Source: Camelus dromedarius (lineage: Eukaryota). Taken from it: 64,000 nt of DNA. Location of the stretch: positions 35,404,001-35,468,000 of the forward strand of contig NC_087447.1 of the NCBI RefSeq assembly GCF_036321535.1. Direction: 5' to 3'. Shown in pieces: positions 1-14,297 of the stretch. The position numbers were made by a program, and so were the translations under genes. The notes beneath the pieces are model-generated. The model ran no database searches. It was given only the letters and a program-made list of their open reading frames with translations, and was not told the origin of the DNA. Within the stretch, counting starts at the first letter, position 1. The number at the start of each line of letters is the position of its first letter.

Positions 1-60
1 CTCATTTTTTCCTTAAAGAATGAAGTTGGAGGGCTTATAAAAGCACTGAAAATTTTCCAG
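1..60 (+). CDS. TPH1: Tryptophan 5-hydroxylase 1, first coding exon (3' part; cut by window edge)
   Basis: Translates LIFSLKNEVGGLIKALKIFQ, matching the TPH1 ACT regulatory domain; donor CAG|gtaagc at 60/61, phase 0. Confidence 0.95.
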
Positions 61-914
61 GTAAGCACTCTCCATATTTCTGCATTGAACTCTTATAAAA
101 TGAGTCTATAAAATTATTTGTAAATTCTTCAGAAGTGCACTACAGAAATTTTTAAGCACTTAAATTTCTAAAATATTGTTCAATTCTATCAAGTAGGCAA
201 AGGATACAAACAATATACATAAGAGGAGATGCAAATAACTAATAAAGAAATGGAGGAAAGATTCACTTCATAGATTTGGGAGAAGCAAGTTTTGATTTTA
301 TTAGATAAAATATTACAATTTAATGATATTTAATGATACATTAACAATATATTAAATGATATACAGTGCAATAGCAAAGATTCAAAAATTATACTGCTCC
401 CTACCATCAAAGCTTCAATGCATTTGGCATTTAAATACACCTTTGGTGTGAGGGAAAATTGGTGCAATGTGTAGGAAAACAATCTGGTAATATATATTGT
501 GAGTCTTAAAATGTTCACATATTTTTACCCAGTAATTCCACTTCCATAAATCTGTCTTAAAGAAATAAGGCTCCGTTATCAGAACATGAATATTTACTGA
601 GTACCTGCCAAGTGGAGGGTGCCCTGCCAGTTACGAGGGATGCAGACCGGAATAAAGTAGACATAGTGTCAGCTCTTACAGTGTGAATAGTCTAGTGGAG
701 AAGACAGACACTAAACAAATAATTGTAGTCAATAAATAATTACATGTGTGTAAACTGAACTGAAAGAGGAGTACCATATACTATGATATCATTGACCTGG
801 GAGACAATCTAGTTTAAGTGCTTAGGGACACAAAGATTTATTTATAGAAGCTAAGAATTATAAACAAACTACTTAAGGTATGGGACTGGTTAAATTATGC
901 TACTAGAAAATCAT

Positions 915-1147
915 TGGGGTTAACTCTGTGGGCTCTGTAGGCAAACCACCTGAGTTCAGATCCTCGCTCTGTCACTTACTGACTGTGTGACTGTGGGTAA
1001 ATTAATTAATTTCTCTGTGCTTCATCTTATCATCTATAAAGTGAGAACCCTACCTACCTGATAGGGTCATTGTGAGAACTAATAAAGTTAATATATGTAA
1101 AGTGCTTAGGGTAGTTCAGAGTAAATTATCAATAAGTGTTAGCTATT
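915..1147 (+). mobile_element. MIR SINE (representative; further MIR fragments near 2440, 24060, 26030, 55250, 56700, 62860, 63090)
   Basis: MIR core motifs: gagttcagatcc..ctctgtcacttact..ctgtgtgac..tttctctgtgc..catctataaa..tatgtaaagtgcttag; ends approximate. Confidence 0.75.
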
Positions 1148-3024
1148 TATAAATGAACTTTATATATATATGCTATGCTATGAAGTAGACATTTGAAAAT
1201 AATATTTCAAAGAATTAAAAATTCTAAATATAAACAAATAGTCTCGAAGAGTCTGTGATAAAATCATCAGTTCTTTTTAACCAAGCACCTCAGTCCCACT
1301 ACCTAGAGGCAACCTCTTTTAACTATCTCTGCTCTTTAGTTCTTTTGGTGATGATTTTATAATATCTAAAAGTTGTTCTGATCTCTCTCTTTGCATTGTC
1401 AGTTTATATGATATTTATTTACTCTATATTGTGAAAGATACTGATACCACCTCCATCTCTTCTCCCTCTACTCCTCCCCAAATTTGATGATTACATGATT
1501 ATTTTAAGCTCTTCTACTGATTATCTTTGAGTCTTTAAATAGCATACCTACATTTCTTCCATCAACTTTCTTTTTTATTTTATTTTTAATCAGTGGATAC
1601 TTGTGCATGGTTTAAAAAGTCAAACCCATATTATAAAGTTTATAAAGAAAACAGCAGTCTTCTGCTTCATCTCTCTTCATCCCTAAACTCCATTTAGTTT
1701 GTGGACCTAGGTGCAGAGGGTTTTTGTTGACCTAGGTGCAGAGGGTTGAGCTAATCATACTGCTTATGTCATGTGGACACTGTCCTCTTTGATGTATACA
1801 GCTTCCTCCTGTTTCATTCAATCTCCATTTCTCTCTTCTGACAGGCAACTACTCAGATGTGTTTGAGCTGTGAATGCCATTGAATTATTTTTTTATGTTA
1901 CTTAGATGTTGAGTTTTTGCATGTGCATGTATTGGTAATTTATATAAAGGTTATTGTACAATACACATTTCATTTACTCAGCACTATGTTCTTAAGACCT
2001 ACCCATGCTGCTGTGTATCCATCTCATTCATTCTGACCGCTGCATAGTGAGTGATGTGGGTGTGAACCCACCTATTTTACTTATCCTCAGCCCATAGAGG
2101 GCAACCATTTTCAACTATTTTAACTATATTTTCTAGTATTTACTTCCATGTTTATAAACAATATGCTTATTCTGCTGCAGTTTCTTGATTTTTCCATTTG
2201 TAGATATTACCTATTGATTTTCTCTAGTGGAAGTGAAGATTTAGCTTTCTTTACACAGCTCCCTTTCCAGTGGCTCCCTCAAGTTCCCTTCCCTCCATCT
2301 TCCCAATTTAGTTATGCCCCAATTTTTGACTCTATCAGTCTTTAGTGTTTTCATTATTAAGATTATGTAAATCTTGTTCAGAAAGACCATATTATCCATT
2401 ATTCTGACTCTCCCTTTCTTGTACAACAGGATTACAACACAGTCTTTAAGGGCATGAACTATGGAGCTGGACAGCCGGAGTTTGAATTCCAGCTCTGACA
2501 CTGATTAGCTGTGTAGCTTTGGGCAAACTGCTTAACATTTCTGTGCCTCTGTTTCTGTAACTGAAATATCTGATAGGAAATGTCTCACTTATTATTTTAA
2601 CTTAATCTGAAATTTCCTAAATTTGACTAAATTTTTTTTTTCTGGATGGACTTTGAAATTGTTTAGTTTCATTTCCTCACCAAATTCATCAAGATTTTGA
2701 TTTTGATAGCATTCACTTATAGATTAATTTAGGAAGAGTTGACATTTTGTCTTTTTCTCCAAAAACATAATTTATAGATCTATATTTATTCAAGTCATCA
2801 TTCAGAAAATATTTATGAATGCATTCTTATTATAAAGATTCATAAGAAATAGATTCAATGAAACTCTCCTTTACTCCTAATCAGTTCCAGTGTATTTTAT
2901 AACTGGCTTTCTATTGATTCCATGATAAATTCTATGTTCCAGGATAAACCCTACCTGTTCCAGTTCCCTGACACTCTCTCTCCTTTCTTATCAGATTCTA
3001 CCTTTGCTCATAGTTCCTCCTGTT

Positions 3025-3111
3025 TATTTTTTAAAATGTTTTTATTGAAGTACAGTCAGTTTACAATGTGTGTCAATTTCTGGTGTACAGCACTATACTC
3101 CAGTCACATAC
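3025..3111 (-). mobile_element. Heavily 5'-truncated L1 3' end with target-site duplication
   Basis: T-rich tail then ttgaagtacagtcagtttacaatgtg (L1 3'UTR, antisense); perfect 13-bp TSD AGTTCCTCCTGTT at 3012-3024 and 3112-3124. Confidence 0.8.
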
Positions 3112-4063
3112 AGTTCCTCCTGTTAAGAATCCTACTTCTTCCCTTCTGTCTTGTTATTCTATTTTTTAAGACTCATTTGAGTTCCTATCTGCTCCACAGA
3201 ACCTTCTACTTTCTCTAACTTATGATGCTTTTTCCCTTTGCCAAACATCTTTTGCACCTGAACACTCAGCGCTTGTATTTTCTCTTATTCTTTCATGTAA
3301 TAGCCAACCAGATTATAAACTTGTATGTCTTGCCCTTCTTTGTAAGCTTCACAGCCCTTACATGGCTACATGGGTGTTCACTTGGTTAATTTAGATTGAA
3401 CTGATTAGTATTGGAGATCTACTCTAACTTTCTCATTTTTTAGATGAAGAAAACTGTTGGGTGATTGGTTCTTATGTTTCATGATTATGTCACCAGGGCT
3501 TTTCCTCAGCACCCAAATTGGTAAGAGAAGATATGCTGCCCCTACAGGTTTACACCTATGGCGCTCATAGCTCAGGCTGGCATGGGTTACTAAGTTTATT
3601 GCTTAGGAGATTGGAGGTTTTAATATTCTGTGTTAAAGCTGTTCATCTAATTTTATTAAATGCATTTTTTGCAAAGGAAATTTTTCTTTCTAAAGGACTA
3701 ACACTACTACCACTTAAAAAAAACTAGCCTTTATTTTAGGGAATTTTCAAATGCTTCTTTTTATCTAGGAGACTTGGTCTTTTGATTTGAAGGCCAATCA
3801 GTTCTGGTAATCTGAGGGACTTTCTAGTGAGTGTTAATTTAATTTGTTAGTTTCTGGAGGGTGTAATGAATTTTTCAAACTTTTTTTGAATAGTACCTAA
3901 TATTTAGGGGGAGTTATTTTGCTGTTGACAGCACCAAAAACAGCCTTTTCCCCCTTTGTCTGTTATGGCAAGTGCTGAGGTTGATTTTTAGTGGTAATGG
4001 GAGCTCAGAGACTATAACCGTTTGAGGCAGTCATATGTAATCTTCACTCTCTGCTTTCCACAG

Positions 4064-4247
4064 GAGAAGCATGTGAACCTATTACATATCGAGTCCCGAA
4101 AATCAAAAAGAAGAAACTCAGAATTTGAGATTTTTGTTGACTGTGATATCAATAGAGAACAATTGAATGATATTTTTCATCTGTTGAAGTCTCATACTAA
4201 TGTTCTCTCTGTGAACCTACCAGATAATTTTACTGTGAAGGAAGATG
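4064..4247 (+). CDS. TPH1: TPH1 coding exon 2 (184 nt), regulatory domain incl. RRNS PKA site (Ser58)
   Basis: ttccacag|GAG acceptor; EKHVNLLHIESRKSKRRNSEFEIFVDCD...NFTVKED; donor G|gtaagt. Confidence 0.97.
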
Positions 4248-5416
4248 GTAAGTTTGAAAAGTGAAACTACTACTCATAAGATTAAGTGCGTAATGTGTGT
4301 CCAATCTTATGTTTATATTGAAAGTATGAAAGTGAAAATAAAAGTCTGTCTTTTCAAATTCCCTACAGTCTGATAATGAAGAAAACATAATTGCTCAAAA
4401 TGCTAAAGAAAAATTAGAAAGCAACATTTTATCAAGGTCGAGAGAAGTGAAAAGGAAAGCTCGAATATAAGGAAGAATTCAGAATGGTTAGAAATCCATT
4501 AAGTTATCTCAATTTTCAAGTCATCAAGCATTTCTTGATCTCACAAACCTCCCGTTCACAATCCCTGAGCCCTTAGAACTCTCACAAGGCAAATATCTAG
4601 CAGATATTATATGAATTTGAATTTGGTGAGCCTGTTGACAATTGCTGACATCTATGATGTGAAATACTCTATATGTGAAATACAGCATTCTTCCTTGTCC
4701 TCACTTCCACCAAAACCAAAAGAAAAAGCAATAAAGCCTTCTAAGGTTTCAGATACTCAGATAGCAAAGATATAGGCTAAGATCTATTGTGGAAAAATCC
4801 TTGTAGTTTACTTGGTGCAAAAGACAAATGGATAAATGTTACATTTTAGATATGATAACCAATTTAAAATAATCCTTTCAGATTATGTCACAATATTTGG
4901 GGTGTAATCAGGGCTGATATTCATCTGTTACGGGTTTGTATGGCTATAATTTATTAAAATATCGACATACTAATTCCATTTCTGACTGGTAGATAGCTTC
5001 CTCCTGGAGTCCCTTGAGTGCTCCCCACCAGGCCCGAAGCCTATGTGCCCCCCATCCTCCCCAGGAGTCCCATGCCCACTACAAGCAACTAAAGGTTTAA
5101 CACCTGGCAGAGCCGGAGCCTGGAACTCTGCCTGTGTCTATTTTGAGTGATTGGTGCCCTGTTGTATTTGTTGCTGAATCTCTTGAATATCTCTTCTGGG
5201 TATGTTAGAAAGAGCATTAAACTGGAGCGAGAAGGATTGAGTTCTAGTTTTCTCTCTTCCATTGGAGATGAGTTGTCTTGGATAAATTACTTCACCTCTC
5301 TGGATTTTGGTTACCTCATCTATAAGATGAAGAGTTTTGTGGAGTCTAAATGGTTCGGTTGATATTTAGGGACCACTAATTTGTGTCAATCAGTTTCTAC
5401 TAAGAAATGCGGATAC

Positions 5417-5559
5417 GGGGGTAAGGTATAGCTCAGTGGTGGAGTGCATGCCTAGCATGCACAAGGTCCTGGGTTCAATTCCCACTACCTCTGTTTAAAA
5501 AAATAAACAAATAAATAAACCAAAAATTACCTGCCCCCCCATTAAGGAAAAAAAAGGAA
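5417..5559 (+). mobile_element. tRNA-derived SINE, camelid Vic-1-like
   Basis: Pol III A box (tagctcagtgg) and B box (ggttcaattccc), AAAT repeats, aattacctgccccccc and A tail; degenerate TSD aagaaatg at 5402 and 5560. Confidence 0.8.
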
Positions 5560-6279
5560 AAGAAATGGAAATATAAAAATAAATAGTCCTACCCTAGAGT
5601 TGTTCCCATTCTTTTTCTATAAGACAGCCATATACAGATACATTATAGTAAAACATAGTAAAAGCTTTTAGAGAATTAGAGCCATAGTATCACAGGAACC
5701 TAGAGCACAGAGAATTAGCTCCACCTACAGGGTCAGGGAAGGCTCATTCGATTTAGGTCTTGAAGAAGAAAAAGGATATTCTCAGGAAAACAGAAGGATG
5801 AGGTGGAGCAGGGATTAGAAGAGCAGCATATACAAAAACACGGAGTTTTATCAAGGCTTGTATGTCTGAGGGATGGTGAGAAGATCAGAGTGGCAAAGAT
5901 GTAAATGATCTCTAAGATCCTTTTCATCAACAAAGATAAACATTCAGGGTTTTTATTAAATTTGCACCTTGATCTGTAAAGTTGTGCATCCTTATCTACT
6001 TTTTTAGCATAACTAAATATGCGGCTTAAATTTTTTTTGAATTTTTGGTCTATTACTAAAGTACATCATTTCTCTAACATTTAGGAAATCAAGGCTCAAA
6101 ATATTTTTAAGTACAAAAATTCTGAGTAAGATTTACTTATTAGAACTAGAGCAATTTCCTTGTATACACTTTGCCTCAACATAGAAGGTAAAATTAAAAA
6201 TCTCATCCAGATACGTTTATGACTTTCTTAGTTTCTTCTTCCTTATTGCCTAATTTAAGATTGTCTCTCCCGCTGTTAG

Positions 6280-6501
<222 letters not shown>

Positions 6502-7547
6502 TAAATAGGATCTTGATTAATCTGGATTTTGGGAAGTGTTACTAGTCCCTCATGTTGGTGGAATTGAGACCAAGTGATTAAAGAGCATAATTTCATTGGC
6601 TGCAGAACATCTGTCTGTGCCTGGAATTCCTATTACTAAGAGCTATTCCAAGAGTTATACTACAGTGAAGACTATCTGCAGTCAGTTTCTATTAAAATGG
6701 GCATGGGTTATTGGAGAGGGAAGTAAAGACAAGAAGGAGAAAGACTTATCACCTATGCTTTCCAGCATAATTGATGAATTAGGAAGTTGTTTCCTTGGAA
6801 AATTATGTGGGATACAGTACAGGCATGAGTTGGAGAATTAGTAAGTCCAGAGCATTATGATTTCTTGTGGAGCTCTAGGATTCCAGGAGGGGGAAAAGTT
6901 CAGCTGCGGTGTTCACAGACCAGGGATTTAATCTAGCTTCTACCACTTATTAGCTGCATGAATGTGACCTTATGCTTAGTCCTCAGCTGACTGATCCATT
7001 TATTCTATAACATCTTATTGAGTAATTATTGGAATTAATAAATTACTGTACCTGCCCTCAGGGAGCTTACAGTCTAGTTGAACAGGTAAAGCACACATTT
7101 ATAAGTAAACATATTCAGGATTTAAATATGATGTGTGCTAAGTGGCACGAACAGACTGCTTAAAGATATACATAAGACAGCAAACACTTCTAGCTGAAGA
7201 GATCAGAGAAAGGCAACCTTTTAAATTGGCCTTAAAGAATTTTGGCAGGAAAGCAATGGAGAGGAAGGATAGTTCATTGCAAAATGATCAAAGTTTCAGA
7301 GGCAAAAAAAATCTGGGGCATGTTTATGGAAAGGTATGTAAATCAGTTTTACTGACCTACTACCAAGTCCTGCTGATTTTCACTTAAATATTTCTTAAAT
7401 TTATTCCTTTTTTATTCTTACTCCCACAGCCTGGTCTTCTGCTTCCAGCTTTGCCCCCTCAAACCCATCCTCCACATAGTCACTAGAATGCTCTAAAGCC
7501 TCAGTGTGACCATTACCCCTCTTCCACCTAAAAATCATCAATGGCAC

Positions 7548-8062
7548 CTACACTAGGTACATATCTAAGAAAATTGAAAACATATGTACACACAAAAATC
7601 ATAGAGGCATTCTTCATAACAGCCAAAAGGTAGAAGCTACCCAAATGTCCATCCACTGGTGAATGGATAAGTAAAGCATGGTATGTCCCTAACATGGAAT
7701 AGTAATGGCCATAAAAAAAATGAAATACTGATACGTGCTACAACATAGGTGAACACTGAAAACACTGTGATAGTGAAAGAAGCCAGTCACAAAAGGTGAT
7801 ATATTGTGTGATTCCTTTTATATGAAATGTCCAGAATAGGCAAATTCATAGAATCAGAAAGTAAATTACTGGTTGCTAAGGGCTGAGAGTGAGGGGAAAA
7901 TGGGAAGAGACTGCAAATGGGTACATTTCTTTTTGGGGTGATAAAATATTCTGAAATTATGGTGGAGGTGGTTTCACAACACTGAATATACTAAAAGCCA
8001 CAAAGTTATACACTTCAAAATGTCAATTTTATGTGTGAATTTAATCTTGATAAAGCTGTTTT
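7548..8062 (+). mobile_element. Old L1M (L1MB-like) 3' fragment
   Basis: cccaaatgtccatc..tgaatggataa, agccagtcacaaaagg..atgaaatgtccagaataggcaaa, ending ataaagctgtt; ends approximate. Confidence 0.8.
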
Positions 8063-9163
8063 TTTTTTTTTTAATCCCAGTGGCTTCCTATTACCGAAAG
8101 ACTAAAATCCATGCTCTCACAGGCACTAACTAGCTTTTACCGTGTTTCACCTCACTCTCCAGGCTCCAGCAGCAGTGGTTTGTCTGTGTTTTCTTAGGTG
8201 TAGCATGCTGTTTTTCACTTCTGCGCTGTCCTTGTGCTGTGCTTTCTGTCCTCCACCCCCAGACCCCCTCTACCCGTGCTTTCTCCACTCCTCTTTTGCG
8301 ACTTAGCGTAGGAACCCTTTCCTGACCTGCACTACCCTCTTTCACATACTCTGGATTATGAGTTTCTCTTTTGTGCATACCTCTAATAAGGCACTTATCA
8401 TATTGTTTCATAATAATTGGTTAAAGTAAACCGCCTGAAGACCCAGATTGTGCTGTGTTTCTCTGGATTTCAGTACAAGACCAGGAGCAGAGAAAAGGCC
8501 TATAAATCTGTGTTAAACACGGGTCTCATTCTCTCCTTTCAAGCGTCCTTCCTGTCTTTCCTATTTTGTATTGTTGGCTAGATCCTCTGAAGATTTTCTT
8601 TTTGATGCCTTATTTTGTCTATTTTTTTCTTAAATATTTTTCATAGGTATAAATTCTAATGTTATTGTTTTATCTGTTTTTATTATCATTATTTGCTTCT
8701 GCAAATTATGAATATGTCTGCATTTTGTAATAAAATCTGAGGCTGGATTCAGTTGCCATGATTTCAAGTATTATTAATTATCATTGTGTTATTAATTACT
8801 TTACAGGAAAATATAACTGAAGTTATAGTCAAATGATTAGGAAAAAAAATTCACCCTTGGAAAAGAGCCATGTGTATAATTAGGGTGGTACTTTTCTTTT
8901 TCTTCAGAACTACTCTGTTTTTGTAGCTATTGCAGTATTTTGTATGTATAGTATCTTTTATCTTTGTAGCCACTATCATATTAAACTGTCCTATAACATT
9001 GACTTTAAAATAAAAATGATCATATATTTCTAAACAGTGGTTGCTCAAAATAACAATTATGCAGCCTTTCAACATAATCACTCAAATAATAATGAAATAT
9101 TTTTAAAATCATTTGTCTAGTATTTTTAGTATGGATATTTAAAAACGTTTCTTTAATTATCAG

Positions 9164-9231
9164 GGCTTCAAAGACAATGTCTACCGTAAAAGACGAAAGT
9201 ATTTTGCAGACTTGGCTATGAACTATAAACA
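9164..9231 (+). CDS. TPH1: TPH1 coding exon 4 (68 nt)
   Basis: ttatcag|[25 protein letters not shown](H); donor CA|gtaagt; absent from ORF track, read manually. Confidence 0.96.
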
Positions 9232-9346
9232 GTAAGTGTATTATAAAAATAACTTATCCAACTTTGAAATAATAAACTAAATGAATAGAGTAAATTATAC
9301 TCATTTAGTAAATAGAAAATAAGTGCTACTGTTTATTGAATGATAA

Positions 9347-9625
<279 letters not shown>

Positions 9626-10111
9626 TGACAGAATTTTTAATAGAGGAATAAAGTTCAGTTGTAGAGGAGGTCAGAATTTTTTTCTCCTGTCTTGGAGAAT
9701 TGGATCCAGTATTGGGCACCACTTCTGAAGAGGGACAGACATAAGTCATAACCTGGAGCAAGTGTAGAAGAAAGTGAGCTGAATTATAAAGGGATTGGAA
9801 AATGTATCCTATAAATAAAATTTGAAGGACTCTTAGGATGTTTAACCTGGGATTTTAGGGGACTTTACAGCTTTATTTAAGTATTTGAAGGTCATCGTGT
9901 GTAATAGAGGGATTACTATGTGGCCCTAAGTAAAGGACAAATGGATAGAAATAGCAAACTTTGGGCTCAAAATGGGGAAGATTTTGCTAAAAGAACCACT
10001 TGAAAATGGAACAGGCTCATGAGATAGTTCTGTATCCATGGGAATGTTCATGCAAAAATCCCACACCCACTCGCAGTAAAGATTTTCTCTGTTTTCTCCT
10101 TTGCTTTGCAG

Positions 10112-10247
10112 AGCGCACAGGTTTTTCCATCCGTCCTGTGGCTGGTTACTTATCACCAAGAGATTTCTTATCAGGTTTAGCCTTTCGAGTTTTTCACTGT
10201 ACACAGTATGTGAGACACAGTTCAGATCCCCTCTATACCCCAGAGCC
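10112..10247 (+). CDS. TPH1: TPH1 coding exon 6 (136 nt), pterin/substrate-binding region
   Basis: ctttgcag|[47 protein letters not shown](P); donor CC|gtaagt. Confidence 0.97.
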
Positions 10248-10424
10248 GTAAGTACTTCTACTGCAGCATCCGTTCATCAGTATGGTACCGACATCATGAG
10301 TTTTTGGTGAAGATCAAGTGAATTAGCACATGTAAAGCATTTTGAGTGGTGCCTGGCACGTAGTAATACACGCTCCATTCTCTGTACGTGTTGGCCATTA
10401 TTATTACCATTATTAATCGACAGC

Positions 10425-10720
10425 CTGCTAGGTGCCAAGTGCTGTTCTAAGCATAGAGGATGTAACACTGAAAACAATCAGACAAAATTTTCTACCTTCA
10501 TAGAGCTTATATTCCAATGGGGGATATAGATAATAAACAAACAGGTAAATATGTATGTAGAATGTCTGTTGGTTGTAAGTGCCATGGAGAAAAATAAAGC
10601 AGGGAAAGGGGATAGAGGTCGGGGTGTGTGTGGGTACTTCTGTTTTGAAAAGGGTGATCAGGGAAGGACTCGCTGAGATGGTGACGTTGAGCAGAGACCT
10701 GATTTGTGTGTGGAGGGAGT
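10425..10720 (-). mobile_element. L2 (L2a-like) 3' fragment
   Basis: gtgccaagtgctgttctaag..gagcttatattc..gtgccatggagaaaaataaagcagggaa..tcagggaagg..ctgag..gtgac..tgagcagagacctga. Confidence 0.65.
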
Positions 10721-10947
10721 GGCGAGATGTGGACATCTGTATCTGTGTGTACTTGTGTGTGTGTGTGTGTGTGTGAGTGTCCAAGGCTTTGAACCAAAAT
10801 AGTTTCTTTACTGTAATAGTGTCCTTTGTGGTCCATTTCCAAAGTAATACCACCTGGTCAATTCAGGTAAAAGTAAGATCAGATTTTGGTTTGATTGAAT
10901 GGTTGATTGTGCATTTATGTTAAGCATCACAGTGCAACAGACTGTGA

Positions 10948-11097
<150 letters not shown>

Positions 11098-11213
11098 TAA
11101 ATCTGGAAATAGCTGTATACATTAGTAATTCTTAACTGGGGTGGGATGTGGGCATTTGTGTGGTTTAAAAAGATGTATTCAAGATGACCATTAGAAAATT
11201 TGTCTTTGCTCAT

Positions 11214-11280
11214 ATTTAATTTAATTTAATTTAATTTAATTTAATTTAATTTAATTTAATTTAATTTAAATAATTTAAAT
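11214..11280. repeat. (TTAAT)10 pentanucleotide microsatellite
   Basis: 10 perfect units at 11216-11265 plus degenerate flanks. Confidence 0.95.
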
Positions 11281-11815
11281 AACATTAAAAGAGGATGGAA
11301 AAATTTAAGGTTTATCAAAAGAAAACATGAGCTTTAAAAAAAGGTAGAGAAATAGAGAACATGAGTACAATAAGGTTAATAGTTTGTATGTCTTCTTCTT
11401 TTTAGTAAAAATGACAGGTTCCCTAAAAATGATGCTAAAACTATTTTTGAGCACTAGGTACAAGACAACATGCTGGAAACACGAAGATGAGTAAGGCCTG
11501 GTTCCTACCTTCAAGGAACTTATACACAGACAGTTATGTTAGAATGAGAACAAGTCTCTAGAGAAGTTTAGGCAGAGTGCTCTGGGAGCACAGAGAACTG
11601 CTTGGGGAAGGTTTCAGGAAGATGAGCATCTGGACTAGCCCAGGGAAGATGATTAATGTTTTCACGTGCCAGGAAAAGAAGAAAGAGCATCTCAGGAAGA
11701 GTGCACCCAAGGACAGACAGGAGGTGCTTGGTATATCTGGGGAAATGACAAGAAGCTGGAGCAGAGTGTGTGAGGGTGGGGGAGGTGGTGTCAAATAGAC
11801 TATAGATGGATAAAA

Positions 11816-12464
11816 CAGTGCTTCTCAAATTGTGGTTTGGGGACCCCTGGGGGGGTGGTCCCTGGAACCCTTTTGCAGAGTCCTGGAGGAAAGATCTATT
11901 CAAAATGCAAAGTAGATTTCAATGTAAGAGACAGAGTTCTTAGATATGGTTTCAGATTCCACGTTGCAGCTGCACTTTAAGAAACTACTACTTATTGAGT
12001 TTTGATGTAGTGTCAAATAAGAATATCCACAATTATCTGAGAAGGCTATTATAATATTCAGCCTTCTTCCAGCTACTTATCTGTATGAGGGTGAATTTTT
12101 TTCATATACTTGAACCGAAACAACCTATTGCACCAGGTTAAAAACAAGCAGATATGAGAATCCATCTGTTTTCCAGCCAGACATTAAACAATATTTAGTC
12201 AGGCATTAAATGTAAAACAATGCTACTTTTCTCATCTTTTTTTTTGTTTTGTACAATATAGTTACTTTTGATTAAAATGTTATTTGTGTTACTATAAAAT
12301 GGCTTATATTTTAAAATTAGTGAACATTTTAAAGTGTTCTCAGTTTATATTTTTAATATGGTTAATATGGCTAATTATAACCCACATAAACAAAAAGTAT
12401 TTGTGGTCCTCAGTAATTTTTAAGAGTGTATAAGAATTCTAGGAACAGAAGTTTGAGAAGTCTG
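11816..12464. mobile_element. hAT-Charlie (Charlie1-like) DNA transposon fossil
   Basis: TIRs cagtgcttctcaaa ... tttgagaagtctg; internal gatatggtttcagattccac..ctttaagaaacta..gaatatccacaattatctga. Confidence 0.75.
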
Positions 12465-12549
12465 GTTTGGAATGAAGCCAGATTGTAGAACTACTTGTGA
12501 GCTAGTCTGGGGGTCTTGGAGTCTATTCCAGGGTACATTGGGTCAGTGA

Positions 12550-12738
<189 letters not shown>

Positions 12739-13472
12739 TAACCATATTCACTTAATATAATTGATACGACCTGGAAGTTTTGGATCTGAACAAAAGCTTA
12801 CTGTGGAAAATACTTGGGGTGGCGGGAAATATTACCTAAGAGGCATTTTTCTCTATTTCCTAAGTTTTCTGAATAGATATAAATATCTATTCAGAGGACT
12901 GATAGATCTTTTAAGTTAAAAAAAAAAGTGTTTTAAAGCTTTTGCTCACAAAGTCTTGCTGTTTCCTCACCGCTTTTGGTGTGCTAGCAATAACTTCAGT
13001 AATTTCTAGGGAATTCTTTGAGATTTATTATTTATCCAATAAAGGAATGAACTTATGTTTATTGAGTGATGGATATGCAAGAAATATTGTCCAAGGTACA
13101 GTCTTGCTCTCAAGGAGCCTACCACCTGGTAGTGGGTGCAAGTCATGTATAGGAATAAGTGTGCAGGGTAGAAAGTAGATGCCCTAATGTGGGAATAAAT
13201 AAAGACCCTTGGGCACCTCCTACATGGAGAACAGCTTTAGAACAATGGAGATGATCTTGGGGCATTTACAGGGAACAGTAAGTCATTTATTTTGCTGGAG
13301 TATATTTTGGATTAAATAGAACCGTAGGAAATAAGTTTGGAATTATAGGTTCGGCCCATTGCATTAGTAACACATTCAGAGGTATGGTTCTGGCAGTTGC
13401 ATGTGGATTGTGATCTATGAAAATTTCAAAATTTCAAAATATTCTTTGATTCACTGACTCCTTGTCCTCTAG

Positions 13473-13607
<135 letters not shown>

Positions 13608-13916
13608 TAAAGTATATCTTCCTTATGCCTTAATTTTCCTCTGCAAAAAAGAGGTCCAATAATGGTAGCAAGTCACAGAAGTAAGCAGCTGGATAATTAG
13701 AAGCCCACCAGGCTTCTTCTGCCTGTAACTTATCTCCCTATCACAGTAAATATTTAGGGTATGTTGTTTATCATGATGTTCAGTGTTGCAATTATGAATC
13801 AGATACTTTGAGAAATTGGTTTCTTCCCATTCCTTCCCATAGAGTTTATAATGTAATATGAAAAATAAACTGTATACAAATAAAACAACTAGGAAGCCTT
13901 TGAGAGATATAGATGA

Positions 13917-14297
<381 letters not shown>

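Noticed and set aside
5417..5490. tRNA gene (also at 27087 and 32810-32883)
   Set aside because: A/B boxes belong to SINE heads: they have SINE tails and TSDs and no clean cloverleaf
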